Shown here one piece after another: positions 18,292 to 28,347 of a stretch of 64,000 bases of DNA. The stretch is from contig OZ253665.1 of the NCBI GenBank assembly GCA_965263295.1, forward strand, positions 736,001-800,000, written 5' to 3'. The DNA is from Spirochaetia bacterium. Lineage in GTDB: Bacteria > Spirochaetota > Spirochaetia > SP-2023. The notes under the pieces were generated by a model, which saw only the letters and a program-made list of their open reading frames with translations, did not search any database and was not told the origin of the DNA. Both the position numbers and the translations under genes were made by a program. Positions within the stretch are counted from its first letter, which is position 1, and the number at the start of each line of letters is the position of its first letter.

Positions 18292-18600
18292 TAACTTTGC
18301 CGAAGATTTAATTGGATTTAATTGTCTAACTTGCCAGGTTGATCTGGCATAAAGTTTTCTCAGTGATGGCGATTTTTATTTCGCCAACTAGAATTAGCTT
18401 GGAGTGTGGATTGGTGAACAGTCAAGATTTCTGCCATATTTTTGTCGTGCAGTTGTAGCCGGATTATGCATGCCACCCTTTACTTTTATCGGTGCCTTCA
18501 ATACTGTGTCTGGGATTATTTGGGGGATTATGTTGGAATTTAGATCGGAATTCTCCCTCGTTTTTTTCAGGTATTTTAATGACAAGCAGGAGTAAACGCG

Positions 18601-19497
18601 TTGGGCGAAGAAAAACCACTGCTTCCTAAGCCGCCGTGGCTGCGCAAGAAGCTCTACAGTAACACGCTCAGTGTCGATCGGGCGATCAAACACAACGGTT
18701 TGGAGACGATTTGCAAGGAAGCGGCTTGTCCGAATCGGAGTGAGTGTTGGCATTCAGGCACGGCAACATTCCTGATTTTGGGGCGCATTTGTACGCGCAA
18801 ATGTACGTTTTGCAATGTCGAGTCGGGTAAACCTGGCCAGGTGGATCCGCAGGAGCCCGACAAGGTCGCTGAAGCGGTCGAAGCCCTCAAACTGAATTAT
18901 ACCGTGATTACTTCTGTCAATCGCGACGACTTGGCCGATGGGGGCAGCCGGCATTTTGTCGATGTGATTCAAGCTGTGCGCCAGCGCCGGCCACAGAGTA
19001 AAGTTGAGGTTCTGATACCCGATTTGCTCGGGAATTGGGATGCATTGAAAGAGATAGTCGATTCTGCGCCCGAAGTTTTGAATCACAATATTGAGACAGT
19101 TGAATCTTTTTATTATTACGTTCGCCCGAATGCGGATTATCAGCGTTCGCTGGAGTTGTTCCGCCAGGTTAAGAGCCTGGCCCCGCATATGGTGACCAAG
19201 TCGGGAATCATGGTCGGCATGGGTGAAGATCCGGCCGACGTGCGCCAGACTTTCCGTGATTTATTGGAAGCGGGAGTCGATATTTTGACTGTGGGCCAAT
19301 ATTTACAGCCCACGCGACAACACTTAGATGTCGAAGAATATATCAGCCCGCAGCAGTTTGATGATTATGCTGAGTATGCTTATTCAATAGGCTTTAAGGG
19401 TGTGGCTGCCGGCGTGTTTGTGCGTAGCTCTTACAAGGCGGATGAACTGTATTTACAAGCGAAACAGAAAATTAAGATAGAAGAAAAATTGGCCTGA
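18601..19497 (+). CDS. lipA: Lipoyl synthase
   Basis: CKEAACPNRSEC and CTRKCTFC cluster motifs, HNIETV, GQYLQP, RSSY; TTG start with AGGAG RBS. Confidence 0.96.
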   Translation: MGEEKPLLPKPPWLRKKLYSNTLSVDRAIKHNGLETICKEAACPNRSECWHSGTATFLILGRICTRKCTFCNVESGKPGQVDPQEPDKVAEAVEALKLNYTVITSVNRDDLADGGSRHFVDVIQAVRQRRPQSKVEVLIPDLLGNWDALKEIVDSAPEVLNHNIETVESFYYYVRPNADYQRSLELFRQVKSLAPHMVTKSGIMVGMGEDPADVRQTFRDLLEAGVDILTVGQYLQPTRQHLDVEEYISPQQFDDYAEYAYSIGFKGVAAGVFVRSSYKADELYLQAKQKIKIEEKLA

Positions 19498-19527
19498 TTC
19501 GGCTGAATATTCAGAGAGGAGTTCTAG

Positions 19528-22179
19528 ATGTTCCAAGATTTGGATCCAGAGGAAACGCAGGAGTGGCTTGATGCCTTTGGCGCGGTCATCAAAAATGAAG
19601 GTGAAGACAAAGCAGAGTTTCTGCTAGACATATTGCAACGTCGCCTGGGCGGTACTTCGCATCAGTTGTCCACCCCTTATATCAATACTATTCCGCCGAA
19701 TCGCAGCGCCCCAATGCCGCACAATAGCTCAATAGCGCGCAATGTTTCTGCCTATGTGCGTTGGAATGCCATGGCCATGGTGGCCCGCGCCAACAAAAAA
19801 ATTGACGGTATCGGCGGGCACATCGCCTCTTTCGCTTCGTCTGGCACGATCTATGAAGTCGGCTTTGATTATTTTTTTCGCGGTCCTAACGCTGAAAATG
19901 GAGCGGACTTGATCTTCTATCAAGGTCATATTGCGCCCGGCATTTACGCGCGTGCATTTGTCGAGGGCCGCCTTTCGGAAGAACAGTTGGAGAATTTTCG
20001 TCAGGAGACGGGTGGCGGCGGCCTCTCGTCTTACCCTCATCCCCGTTTGATGCCGAATTTTTGGCAGTTCCCCACTGTGTCGATGGGTCTGGGGCCGATT
20101 ATGGCCATTTATCAGGCGCGCTTCATGAAGTACATGGAGAATCGCGGTTTTTTGAAGATAGGTAAGCGCAAAGTTTGGGCTTTCCTCGGCGATGGCGAGA
20201 CCGACGAGCCCGAAACTCTCGGATCCATTGGCATCGCGGCGCGCGAAAACCTGGACAACCTAATTTTTGTTTTAAACTGCAACTTGCAAAGACTGGATGG
20301 TCCTGTGCGCGGCGCCGGCAAGATTGTTCAGGAGATGGAGGGGCATTTTCGCGGCGCCGGCTGGAATGTGATTAAGGTTTTGTGGAGCACGGAATGGGAT
20401 GAGCTGTTCGCCCAAGATGAGGCTGGAGCCTTGATGAAACAACTTGAGGCGATTGTCGACGGCGACTTTCAGCGTTTGAATGCCAACTATAAAAACGGCT
20501 CCTACGTTCGCGAGCACCTGTTTAATACGCCTGAGTTACGCAAGTTGGTACAAGACTGGAGCGATGAAAAATTGGCCACGTTGTCGCGTGGCGGCCACGA
20601 TCCGCGCAAAGTTTACGCGGCCATGCATGAGGCGGTAAGTCATCAGGGGCAACCCACCATTATGCTGATTCAAACGGTCAAGGGCCATGGCATGGGCGAG
20701 GCGGGCGAAGCCGCCAACGATACCCACAGCCTGAAAAAGATGTCCAAGGCATCTCTGTTGGCTTTCCGCGATCGCTTTCACGTGCCCTTAAAAGATGAGG
20801 AACTTGAAGCCCTGCCGTTTATCAAACCTGAGCCCGGTAGCCCCGAAGCGCAATTGATCCAAGAAACCCGCAGCGCTCTGGGAGGTTCAATCCCCGTGCG
20901 TCAGTTTAGCCTTAACCCGTTGGATGTCCCCGAACTGAATGAGTTTCAGGCTGTGCTCGACGGCAGCGCAGGCCGGGAGATTTCGACGACAATGGGTTTC
21001 GTGCGTATCTTGAGCATTCTGTTGCGCAATAAGGCGATTGCCGACCGTATCGTGCCGATTGTGCCGGATGAGGCCCGCACATTTGGCATGGAGGGCCTGT
21101 TTAAGCAGCTGGGTATCTACAACCCCAAGGGGCAGGTTTATACGCCAGTCGACAAAGGGACTTTGATGTGGTACCGCGAAGACGCCAAGGGGCAATTGTT
21201 GCAAGAGGGGATTAACGAGGCCGGCGGTTTCAGTTCTTGGCTGGCCGCAGCCACATCGTATGCCAATCACAGCATTCCGATGATCCCCTTTTTCGCCTAC
21301 TACTCAATGTTTGGCTTTCAGCGAATCGGCGATTTGGCCTGGGCTGCCGGCGACCTGTTGGCGAAGGGCTTTTTGATCGGTGCAACCGCAGGCCGCACGA
21401 CTCTAAATGGAGAAGGTCTGCAGCACCAGGATGGGCACCATTTGTTGACGGCTGCGACCCTGCCGAGCTGCCATGCCTATGACCCTTCTTTCGTGTATGA
21501 GATGGCCGTCATCATTCAGGACGGTTTGAGGCGCATGTACAAGGACGGCGAAGAGATTTTCTATTATATCACGGCTTTGAATGAAAATTTTGTGCAGCCA
21601 GCTATGCCTGAGGGTGTCGAGGAAGGCATCCGCCGGGGCATTTATCGTTTCCAGGCATCGGAGAAAAAGGCCAAGGCCAAGGTTCATATTCTGGGCAGCG
21701 GCAGTATTTTCATGGAGGTGCGCCAAGCCGCCAGGATTTTGGAAGAAGAATACGGTGTGGCCGCAGATGTTTGGAGCGTGCCCGGTATTGTACAACTGCA
21801 CCGAGACGGCATTGACTGCGAACGCGAGCATACTTTAGAGCCCCAGAGCGAGCGTGTGCCATATGTCCGCCAGGCCTTGGCCGAAGTTGATGCGCGGGAA
21901 GAAGAGCCGGCGATTATCAGTACGGATTATATTAAGGCCTACGGCAATTTGCTGGCGCCTTACATGAAACGCCCGTTTTATACTTTGGGAACCGATGGTT
22001 ACGGTCGTAGCGATTCGCGCGAAGCGCTGCGCGAACATTTTGAAGTCAGCCGTAAATACATCGTTGTCTCGGCTCTCCGCGCTTTAGTTGAGCAGGGTAA
22101 AATGGAGGCAAGTGTGCTGAGAAACGCCTGTCAAAAATTGGGTGTTGAGAAGACCAAGAAAAATCCACGTCTGGCTTAA
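19528..22179 (+). CDS. aceE: Pyruvate dehydrogenase E1, homodimeric type
   Basis: DLDPEETQEW, GGH, SSYPHP, GDGE.DE (TPP), NLQRLDGP, PDEARTFG, GEGLQHQD. Confidence 0.97.
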   Translation: MFQDLDPEETQEWLDAFGAVIKNEGEDKAEFLLDILQRRLGGTSHQLSTPYINTIPPNRSAPMPHNSSIARNVSAYVRWNAMAMVARANKKIDGIGGHIASFASSGTIYEVGFDYFFRGPNAENGADLIFYQGHIAPGIYARAFVEGRLSEEQLENFRQETGGGGLSSYPHPRLMPNFWQFPTVSMGLGPIMAIYQARFMKYMENRGFLKIGKRKVWAFLGDGETDEPETLGSIGIAARENLDNLIFVLNCNLQRLDGPVRGAGKIVQEMEGHFRGAGWNVIKVLWSTEWDELFAQDEAGALMKQLEAIVDGDFQRLNANYKNGSYVREHLFNTPELRKLVQDWSDEKLATLSRGGHDPRKVYAAMHEAVSHQGQPTIMLIQTVKGHGMGEAGEAANDTHSLKKMSKASLLAFRDRFHVPLKDEELEALPFIKPEPGSPEAQLIQETRSALGGSIPVRQFSLNPLDVPELNEFQAVLDGSAGREISTTMGFVRILSILLRNKAIADRIVPIVPDEARTFGMEGLFKQLGIYNPKGQVYTPVDKGTLMWYREDAKGQLLQEGINEAGGFSSWLAAATSYANHSIPMIPFFAYYSMFGFQRIGDLAWAAGDLLAKGFLIGATAGRTTLNGEGLQHQDGHHLLTAATLPSCHAYDPSFVYEMAVIIQDGLRRMYKDGEEIFYYITALNENFVQPAMPEGVEEGIRRGIYRFQASEKKAKAKVHILGSGSIFMEVRQAARILEEEYGVAADVWSVPGIVQLHRDGIDCEREHTLEPQSERVPYVRQALAEVDAREEEPAIISTDYIKAYGNLLAPYMKRPFYTLGTDGYGRSDSREALREHFEVSRKYIVVSALRALVEQGKMEASVLRNACQKLGVEKTKKNPRLA

Positions 22180-22211
22180 GTGCGACAGCAGTTTGAGGAG
22201 TAGAATAATTT

Positions 22212-23861
22212 ATGGCGAATGTAATTGATATTGTGGTGCCCGACGGTGTGTCCGGCGCGGCCGTGGTGGAGATAATGGGGCAGGTGGGCGCAGAGCTTGC
22301 CGCCGATGAGTCGCTGCTGGCCATTGAAACGGACAAGGCGACGGCCGAAGTTCCGTCGCCGGCCCGTGGCAAACTGTTAAGCCTGAGCGTCGAGCTGGGG
22401 GCTACGGTTTCCAGCGGCGATGTCATCGGCCAACTGGAGCTGGCGGCCGGTTCTGGCGTCGAGGCTGGCCCTGAAGCTGGCATCGCCGCGAGCGCTGCGA
22501 GTCCTGCAGCTGCTGCGACGCCGGCAACTGAAATGGATATTGTGGTGCCCGACGGCGTCTCTGGCGCGGCCGTGGTGGAGATAATGAGGCAGGTGGGCGC
22601 AGAGCTTGCCGCCGATGAGTCGCTGCTGGCCATTGAAACGGACAAGGCGACGGCCGAAGTTCCGTCGCCGGCCCGTGGCAAACTGTTAAGCCTGAGCGTC
22701 GAGCTGGGGGCTACGGTTTCCAGCGGCGACGTCATCGGCAAACTGGAGCTGGCGGCCGGTTCTGGCGTCGAGGCTGGCCCTGAAGCTAGCATCGCCGCGA
22801 GCGCTGCGAGTTCCGCAGCTGCTGCGACGCCGGCAACTTCTTCGTCGGCAAGCCCAAAGCCAGAACCGCCAGAACCGGTGGATTCGGCGCCCGCGCCAGT
22901 CGCGGCCGAGAATGCGGTCTTGACAAATGCCCAGCGTCTAGGTGCCAGTGTGCATGCTTCGCCTTCAGTGCGCCAGTTCGCGCGTGAGCTGGGCGTGGAT
23001 TTGGGCCTTATCAGTCAGCCGAGCGGCCCCAAGGGCCGCGTCACCTTTGCCGATGTCAAAGGGTTTGTCAAAGCCGTAATGAAGGGCACTTCCAGTGCGT
23101 TGGCTGCCAATGGCTTCGGGATTCCACCCATTGAGCTGCCTGATTTTGGCCAATTTGGCCCGACAGAAGAACAGGCCCTGAGCAAGATCAAGCAAATTAC
23201 CGGCGCGCATCTGCATAAAGGCTGGTTGAATATTCCCATGGTGACCCACTTTGAAGAAGCAGATATTACTGAGCTGGAAAACTTTCGCCAGGATCTGAAC
23301 AAGCGGGCGGCGACAGTCAAGGGCGATCGGCCCAAGGCGACTCCGTTAGCTTTCATCGTCAAGGCTGTGGTTAAGGCTCTGGAGCAATTCCCTCAGGTTA
23401 ATTCTTCGCTCAGCAGTGACGGTAAGTCGCTGATTTTGAAAAAGTATTACAATATTGGTATCGCTGTGGATACACCGCGCGGCTTGCTGGTGCCGGTGAT
23501 TAAAAATGCGCAGCGACTGTCGTTGGATGAAATTTCGGCTTATATTAAAGAGCTGGGCTCAAAGGGCCGCGCAGCTAAGCTCGGACCCAATGATATGGAG
23601 GGGGCTAGCTTTACGATTTCCAGCCTCGGTGGGCTAGGTGGCAGCAACTTTACGCCGCTGGTCAATCCGCCAGAGGCCGCGATAATGGGCGTGGCGAAGT
23701 CTGCCATGAAGCCAGTCTGGAATGGCCGTGAATTTGTGCCGCGTTTAATTTTGCCGTTCTCTATTTCCTATGATCATCGTGTCCTTGATGGTGGCGAGGT
23801 CGCGCGCTTTGGCTCAACTTTGGCAGGCTATTTAAATGATTTGCGCCTGATCCTGGTTTAG
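22212..23861 (+). CDS. aceF: Dihydrolipoamide acetyltransferase E2 with two lipoyl domains
   Basis: Two ETDKA lipoyl motifs, HASPSVR E3-binding domain, DHRVLDG catalytic motif. Confidence 0.96.
   Translation: MANVIDIVVPDGVSGAAVVEIMGQVGAELAADESLLAIETDKATAEVPSPARGKLLSLSVELGATVSSGDVIGQLELAAGSGVEAGPEAGIAASAASPAAAATPATEMDIVVPDGVSGAAVVEIMRQVGAELAADESLLAIETDKATAEVPSPARGKLLSLSVELGATVSSGDVIGKLELAAGSGVEAGPEASIAASAASSAAAATPATSSSASPKPEPPEPVDSAPAPVAAENAVLTNAQRLGASVHASPSVRQFARELGVDLGLISQPSGPKGRVTFADVKGFVKAVMKGTSSALAANGFGIPPIELPDFGQFGPTEEQALSKIKQITGAHLHKGWLNIPMVTHFEEADITELENFRQDLNKRAATVKGDRPKATPLAFIVKAVVKALEQFPQVNSSLSSDGKSLILKKYYNIGIAVDTPRGLLVPVIKNAQRLSLDEISAYIKELGSKGRAAKLGPNDMEGASFTISSLGGLGGSNFTPLVNPPEAAIMGVAKSAMKPVWNGREFVPRLILPFSISYDHRVLDGGEVARFGSTLAGYLNDLRLILV
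22227..22838 (+). repeat. Near-identical 303-bp direct duplication (offset 309 bp) of lipoyl domain plus linker
   Basis: 22227-22529 vs 22536-22838; about 9 mismatches by eye. Confidence 0.92.
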
Positions 23862-23932
23862 CTGAGAGCTTGTTTGGCCGCTTGCTTTGTTTTGCTTGGC
23901 AAGAGGTTTGTTGAGAATGTTAGGAGTAATAA

Positions 23933-25360
23933 ATGGAAAAATTTGATGTCGTTGTTGTCGGTGCTGGTCCGGGCGGTTACAACGCAGCGTTTAGGGCTGC
24001 AGACCTGGGCAAGAGGGTCGCGATTATTGAGCGTTACAGTGTACTTGGCGGCGTGTGCCTAAATGTTGGTTGCATTCCCTCAAAGTCCCTGCTGCATGTC
24101 ACCGAAGGTATTCATGCTGTCGCAGAGCTGAAACAGTTGGGCTTTGATGTGGAAATCAAAAACATGGACCAGTCCCTGGGCAAGGTGCGTGCCTACCGAG
24201 ATGCCGTGGTGGGAAAGCTGACAGGTGGCCTGGCGATGTTGGCCAAGCAGCGCAAAGTTACCCATATTGAAGGACTTGCCGTATTTAAAGATGCAAATAC
24301 TTTTATTGTCAGCCCATATAAAAATGCTAAGGATGAAGAAAAGTTTGAACTGGGCTTTGATCGCTGTATTTTGGCCATCGGTTCGCGCCCGGTGCAGATA
24401 CCGTCTTTTCCCAATGAAGATCCCCGGCTGATTGATTCGACTGGCGCTCTTGCCATTGACGATGTCCCTGAAAAGCTGCTGATTGTAGGTGGCGGTATCA
24501 TTGGTCTGGAAATGGCGGAAATATACCACTCATTAGGTAGTCAAATAACTATTGTCGAATTGATGAGTCACATTGTTCCCCCCGCGGATAAAGACTTGGT
24601 TGACCCGTTGATGAAGCGCTTTAAGACCTTTTCGACTATTTATCTAGAGACGAAAGTCACCGGCGTTGTCGCCAGGAGCGAAGGTATGGAGGTCTCGTTT
24701 GAAGGTAAGGCCTGCAATGAGACTCTGCTGTTCGACAAGGTTTTGGTAGCTGTAGGCCGCCGTCCGAATGGCGACATGGTCAATGCCCAGGCTGCGGGCG
24801 TCCAAGTCGACGAACGTGGTTTTATTCCTGTGGATGCTCAGCAGCGCACTAACGTGCCACATATTTTTGCCATTGGTGACGTTGTCGGGCAGCCAATGTT
24901 GGCCCATAAGGCCTCGCATGAAGGTCACGTCGCGGCGGAAACGATTGCAGGTTTGAAGACGGCCTTTGCGCCGCTGGGTATTCCTTCTGTGGCTTATACC
25001 ACGCCAGAAATCGCCTGGACAGGTATCACGGAGAAAGAGGCGAAGGAAAAGGGGGTGAAATATACCAAGGGTATTTTCCCCTGGGCCGCGAGTGGCCGGG
25101 CAATAAGTATGCAAGCAGGCGATGGCAAGGTGAAACTGTTATTTGATGCAGAAACTCATCGTATCATAGGGGGGGGCATTGTCGGTCTGCATGCCGGAGA
25201 TCTTATAGCGGAAATCATGTTGGCTATTGAATTGGGTGCAGATATGGTGGATTTGGCAAAGACCATTCACCCGCACCCCACATTGGGGGAAACTCTGGGC
25301 TTTGCCGCCGAAGTTGCCCATGGCAGTATTACTGAAATCTATGTCCCCAAGAAAAAATAG
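23933..25360 (+). CDS. lpdA: Dihydrolipoamide dehydrogenase E3
   Basis: GAGPGG, GGVCLNVGCIPSK, GGGIIG.E, HPHPTLGE. Confidence 0.97.
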   Translation: MEKFDVVVVGAGPGGYNAAFRAADLGKRVAIIERYSVLGGVCLNVGCIPSKSLLHVTEGIHAVAELKQLGFDVEIKNMDQSLGKVRAYRDAVVGKLTGGLAMLAKQRKVTHIEGLAVFKDANTFIVSPYKNAKDEEKFELGFDRCILAIGSRPVQIPSFPNEDPRLIDSTGALAIDDVPEKLLIVGGGIIGLEMAEIYHSLGSQITIVELMSHIVPPADKDLVDPLMKRFKTFSTIYLETKVTGVVARSEGMEVSFEGKACNETLLFDKVLVAVGRRPNGDMVNAQAAGVQVDERGFIPVDAQQRTNVPHIFAIGDVVGQPMLAHKASHEGHVAAETIAGLKTAFAPLGIPSVAYTTPEIAWTGITEKEAKEKGVKYTKGIFPWAASGRAISMQAGDGKVKLLFDAETHRIIGGGIVGLHAGDLIAEIMLAIELGADMVDLAKTIHPHPTLGETLGFAAEVAHGSITEIYVPKKK

Positions 25361-25784
25361 TCGGAAAAAATAGCCAAATGATTATTGGCATACAGACTTC
25401 ATATATCGGCCTATTTTTTGTCGCTCATCTAAATTTTTTCACAGAGTCGCAGTGGTTTTTCTGTTATTTTTTTGAGGGGGGGGGGCTTGTGCGCAATAGA
25501 AAAAGGGAGCCATCGCAGAATTTAAACCAAAGGAGCGTTGTAGTGTTTGTCGCGGATTTACTTTTGTGAAATTCATTTTAGTTCCGGAATTCTTAGCTCT
25601 GTAGCATCCCCCCCAAAAAAAAATAGGGAGGGGAAATAGCTCTGGAAAATAGCGCGATTTGAAATATAAAGGTTTGGATATGAAAAATCGGGTGTAGATA
25701 TTCAAACACAAATCAACGCTAAATAATACAGGAGGAAAGTACGGCCTTATTTGTCAATTACAAATGGGGTAAGCTTTTTCGTTT

Positions 25785-26981
25785 ATGACCAAACATAATC
25801 TTTTTCTCAGAGTTCTTCTCTTCTGTTTGACCATTACGTTATTTTTGACTTGTCGCGATGGCAATAAAACTTCGCAAGCCAACAGTCCCGTTTCCATTCA
25901 AAATTATGACTCACAGGCCATGATTAATGCGGCTTCGCCGAGCCGTGAGTTTGATTTTGTGATGTTTGGCAGTAATTATCCGGGCAACTATGGCCTCAGC
26001 CGCGTCATGTGGGATGCCGCTTATCGGCTATTCGTGGGGGCTGGAGGTCAAGCGTATCGCGGGACTTTCGTTCGCAGTAATAATATCGATATTGAACGCT
26101 CCCTGCAATATGACATGCTGAGTCGAGAGCGTGTGGGGGTAATGTTCTTCTTGCCGGGCAGCATGATTACCGCACTCAGTCTCGCTTTGCGTTATCCTAA
26201 GCAGAAGTTCGCACTGCCTTATATTCTGAATTCAGGCCGGTATGAACTGCCACCCAATTTGCGTGCCGCCTCGTTAAAGTTCGAGCAGGGCGCATTTTTG
26301 GTGGGTATTATTGCCGGGCGAATGACTCGCAATAATCGAGTTGGTATGTTGACTGACATGATGGAAAATATCACAGAGGTTTCAATGTATGCTTTTGTAC
26401 AAGGCGTGCGTAAAGTCAACCCAAACAGTGAAGTGATTGTTGTGCAAACTGATTCTGATGAAAATACATTGCAAAATGAAACTACGCGTATAATTTCGCG
26501 TGAAGATGTCGATGTCATTTTTGCCATGTCGGTAAATTACAATAATACAATAATCCGTTCAACGTACTATTTTGGGCGTGATGTTTTGTTGATTAACAGT
26601 TGGTACAATGCTGACAATGAATGGCCTAGGCATGTAATTACCTCATTTACTATTTCCGTGGACCCGATTATCCGCAATTTCATGTCTCATGCCGGGGACG
26701 ATAAAGATTTTTCTAATCTGCCTCCTGTCGAGCGTTACGATTTGAATAATCGCAACGTAATGCGTCTGTCTTGGGATGGCCAAGAAGATACGGCTTTTGA
26801 GTTAGAGCGCCCAGAATATAGTGAGCTGAGTCGGGAAGCCAGAGAAGAGACATACAAATGGGAGCAGCGTATTCGCGTGAAGGAGTTTGTGGTGTTTAAC
26901 GCCCTGGAAAATGGTACCCCCCCTGCAGAATTGCAAGATCTTCGTTTTCGCGATTTGCGGGGTTTAGGCGTGGTTGATTAA
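25785..26981 (+). CDS. BMP (basic membrane protein) family lipoprotein
   Basis: Lipobox-like FLTC; F.QGAFLVGIIAG.MT...RVG, AFVQGV..VNP, DVIF motifs; divergent. Confidence 0.7.
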   Translation: MTKHNLFLRVLLFCLTITLFLTCRDGNKTSQANSPVSIQNYDSQAMINAASPSREFDFVMFGSNYPGNYGLSRVMWDAAYRLFVGAGGQAYRGTFVRSNNIDIERSLQYDMLSRERVGVMFFLPGSMITALSLALRYPKQKFALPYILNSGRYELPPNLRAASLKFEQGAFLVGIIAGRMTRNNRVGMLTDMMENITEVSMYAFVQGVRKVNPNSEVIVVQTDSDENTLQNETTRIISREDVDVIFAMSVNYNNTIIRSTYYFGRDVLLINSWYNADNEWPRHVITSFTISVDPIIRNFMSHAGDDKDFSNLPPVERYDLNNRNVMRLSWDGQEDTAFELERPEYSELSREAREETYKWEQRIRVKEFVVFNALENGTPPAELQDLRFRDLRGLGVVD

Positions 26982-28338
26982 TATGGGTTATGGTTCTTTA
27001 CCTGTGGCATTGTTGCAACGAGTATTTACCCTTGCGGTATGTGTGCGTGATCGTGAGCAAAAGCTTGAGATTGATGAATTACAACGGCGTGAGTTACGTT
27101 TTTTGATTGAAAGTGCCGGCTGGGTAATTTGCAGTCAATTGCAATATACTCTAAAAAAAATCCACCCGGGACATTTATTGGGAAATGGACAGATTGAACA
27201 GATTGCCGAGCAGGTTTTACTGGTCGAAGCCGAAATCCAAGAGCGTTATGATCTGGCTGACGCTCTGGATTTTGTGACCATTGACTACGAATTAAGCCCA
27301 ACTCAATTGTTCAATCTGGAGAAGACGTTAAAAAAGCAGGTACTTGATCGGAAGGCTTTAATTTTAAATTTATTTGAGCAGAGAGCGCAGACGCGCGAGG
27401 CTCGCCTGCAAGTTCATTTGGCTCGTCTGTATTACGAGAAACCACGCTTGAAACGCGCTTGGACTCACTTGTCGCGTCAGCGTGGTGGACGCTATGGTAC
27501 ACGCGGCGAGGGAGAAAGACAGATTGAAGTTGACAGTCGTCTGATCAACGAGCAAATCCACAAACTAGAGACGCAGCTAGTGCAGGTCAAGAAACAGCGT
27601 TCGCAGCAGCGTAAACGCGGGGCGCATCTGCCGCATCTGGCTTTGGTGGGATATACGAATGCGGGTAAATCCGCATTGATGCATGCCCTGAGTCAAAAAG
27701 AGGTTTATGTCGCCGACCGGCTGTTTGCGACGCTGGATCCCAAGAGTAGTGAGCTAAAGCTGCCGGGGGGAGAACGGGTAATTGTGACAGATACCGTAGG
27801 TTTTTTACGTAATTTGCCGCATGAATTAATCGATGCTTTCCAGGCTACACTGGAAGAGACAGTTCTAGCCGATCTCCAGCTATTGGTTTTGGATGCTAGC
27901 GATATTGAGTGGCGGGAGAAATTGGCTACGGTACATCGGGTCTTGAGAGAGCTGGGAGTCGATGAAAAGATGCAGATACTGTTGCTGAATAAAGTGGATT
28001 TACTGACAGAAGGACAACGCCAGGAGATGCGGATGCTGTTTCCATCTGCCCTTTTGATTTCGGCACGGGAAGGCTTGGGGTTGGAGAGTTTATATACTCT
28101 GTTGAGTCAGCTCTTGGCCGAGTTAAATAATGAGCCCGCACAAGCCTATGCCTTGGAAGTGCCGCACGAGGCGGGCGCTTTGCGGGCCTGGTTATTTGAG
28201 CAGCAGCTGATTGCCGAAGAGTTACAAATGAACGAAGCGGGTCAACTCTTCCACTTGCTTCTTTCTTCGAGTAGTTTGCAATGCCTACGCAAGAAATTTC
28301 CACAGATTTCTGGGAGCCTGCAAGCTCTTGAAACCTGA
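26974..28338 (+). CDS. hflX: GTPase HflX
   Basis: LSP.Q..NLE, F..RA.TREA.LQV.LA, GYTNAGKS, LFATLD, DTVGF, NKVD. Confidence 0.95.
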   Translation: MINMGYGSLPVALLQRVFTLAVCVRDREQKLEIDELQRRELRFLIESAGWVICSQLQYTLKKIHPGHLLGNGQIEQIAEQVLLVEAEIQERYDLADALDFVTIDYELSPTQLFNLEKTLKKQVLDRKALILNLFEQRAQTREARLQVHLARLYYEKPRLKRAWTHLSRQRGGRYGTRGEGERQIEVDSRLINEQIHKLETQLVQVKKQRSQQRKRGAHLPHLALVGYTNAGKSALMHALSQKEVYVADRLFATLDPKSSELKLPGGERVIVTDTVGFLRNLPHELIDAFQATLEETVLADLQLLVLDASDIEWREKLATVHRVLRELGVDEKMQILLLNKVDLLTEGQRQEMRMLFPSALLISAREGLGLESLYTLLSQLLAELNNEPAQAYALEVPHEAGALRAWLFEQQLIAEELQMNEAGQLFHLLLSSSSLQCLRKKFPQISGSLQALET

Positions 28339-28347
28339 TGGGGGCTA

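Noticed and set aside
18218..18600. tRNA-Arg as integration site of a prophage or ICE
   Set aside because: No integrase and no duplicated tRNA 3' end seen in the window
22046..22792. 248-aa antisense ORF with internal repeat
   Set aside because: Shadow of the GC-rich duplicated lipoyl region of aceF
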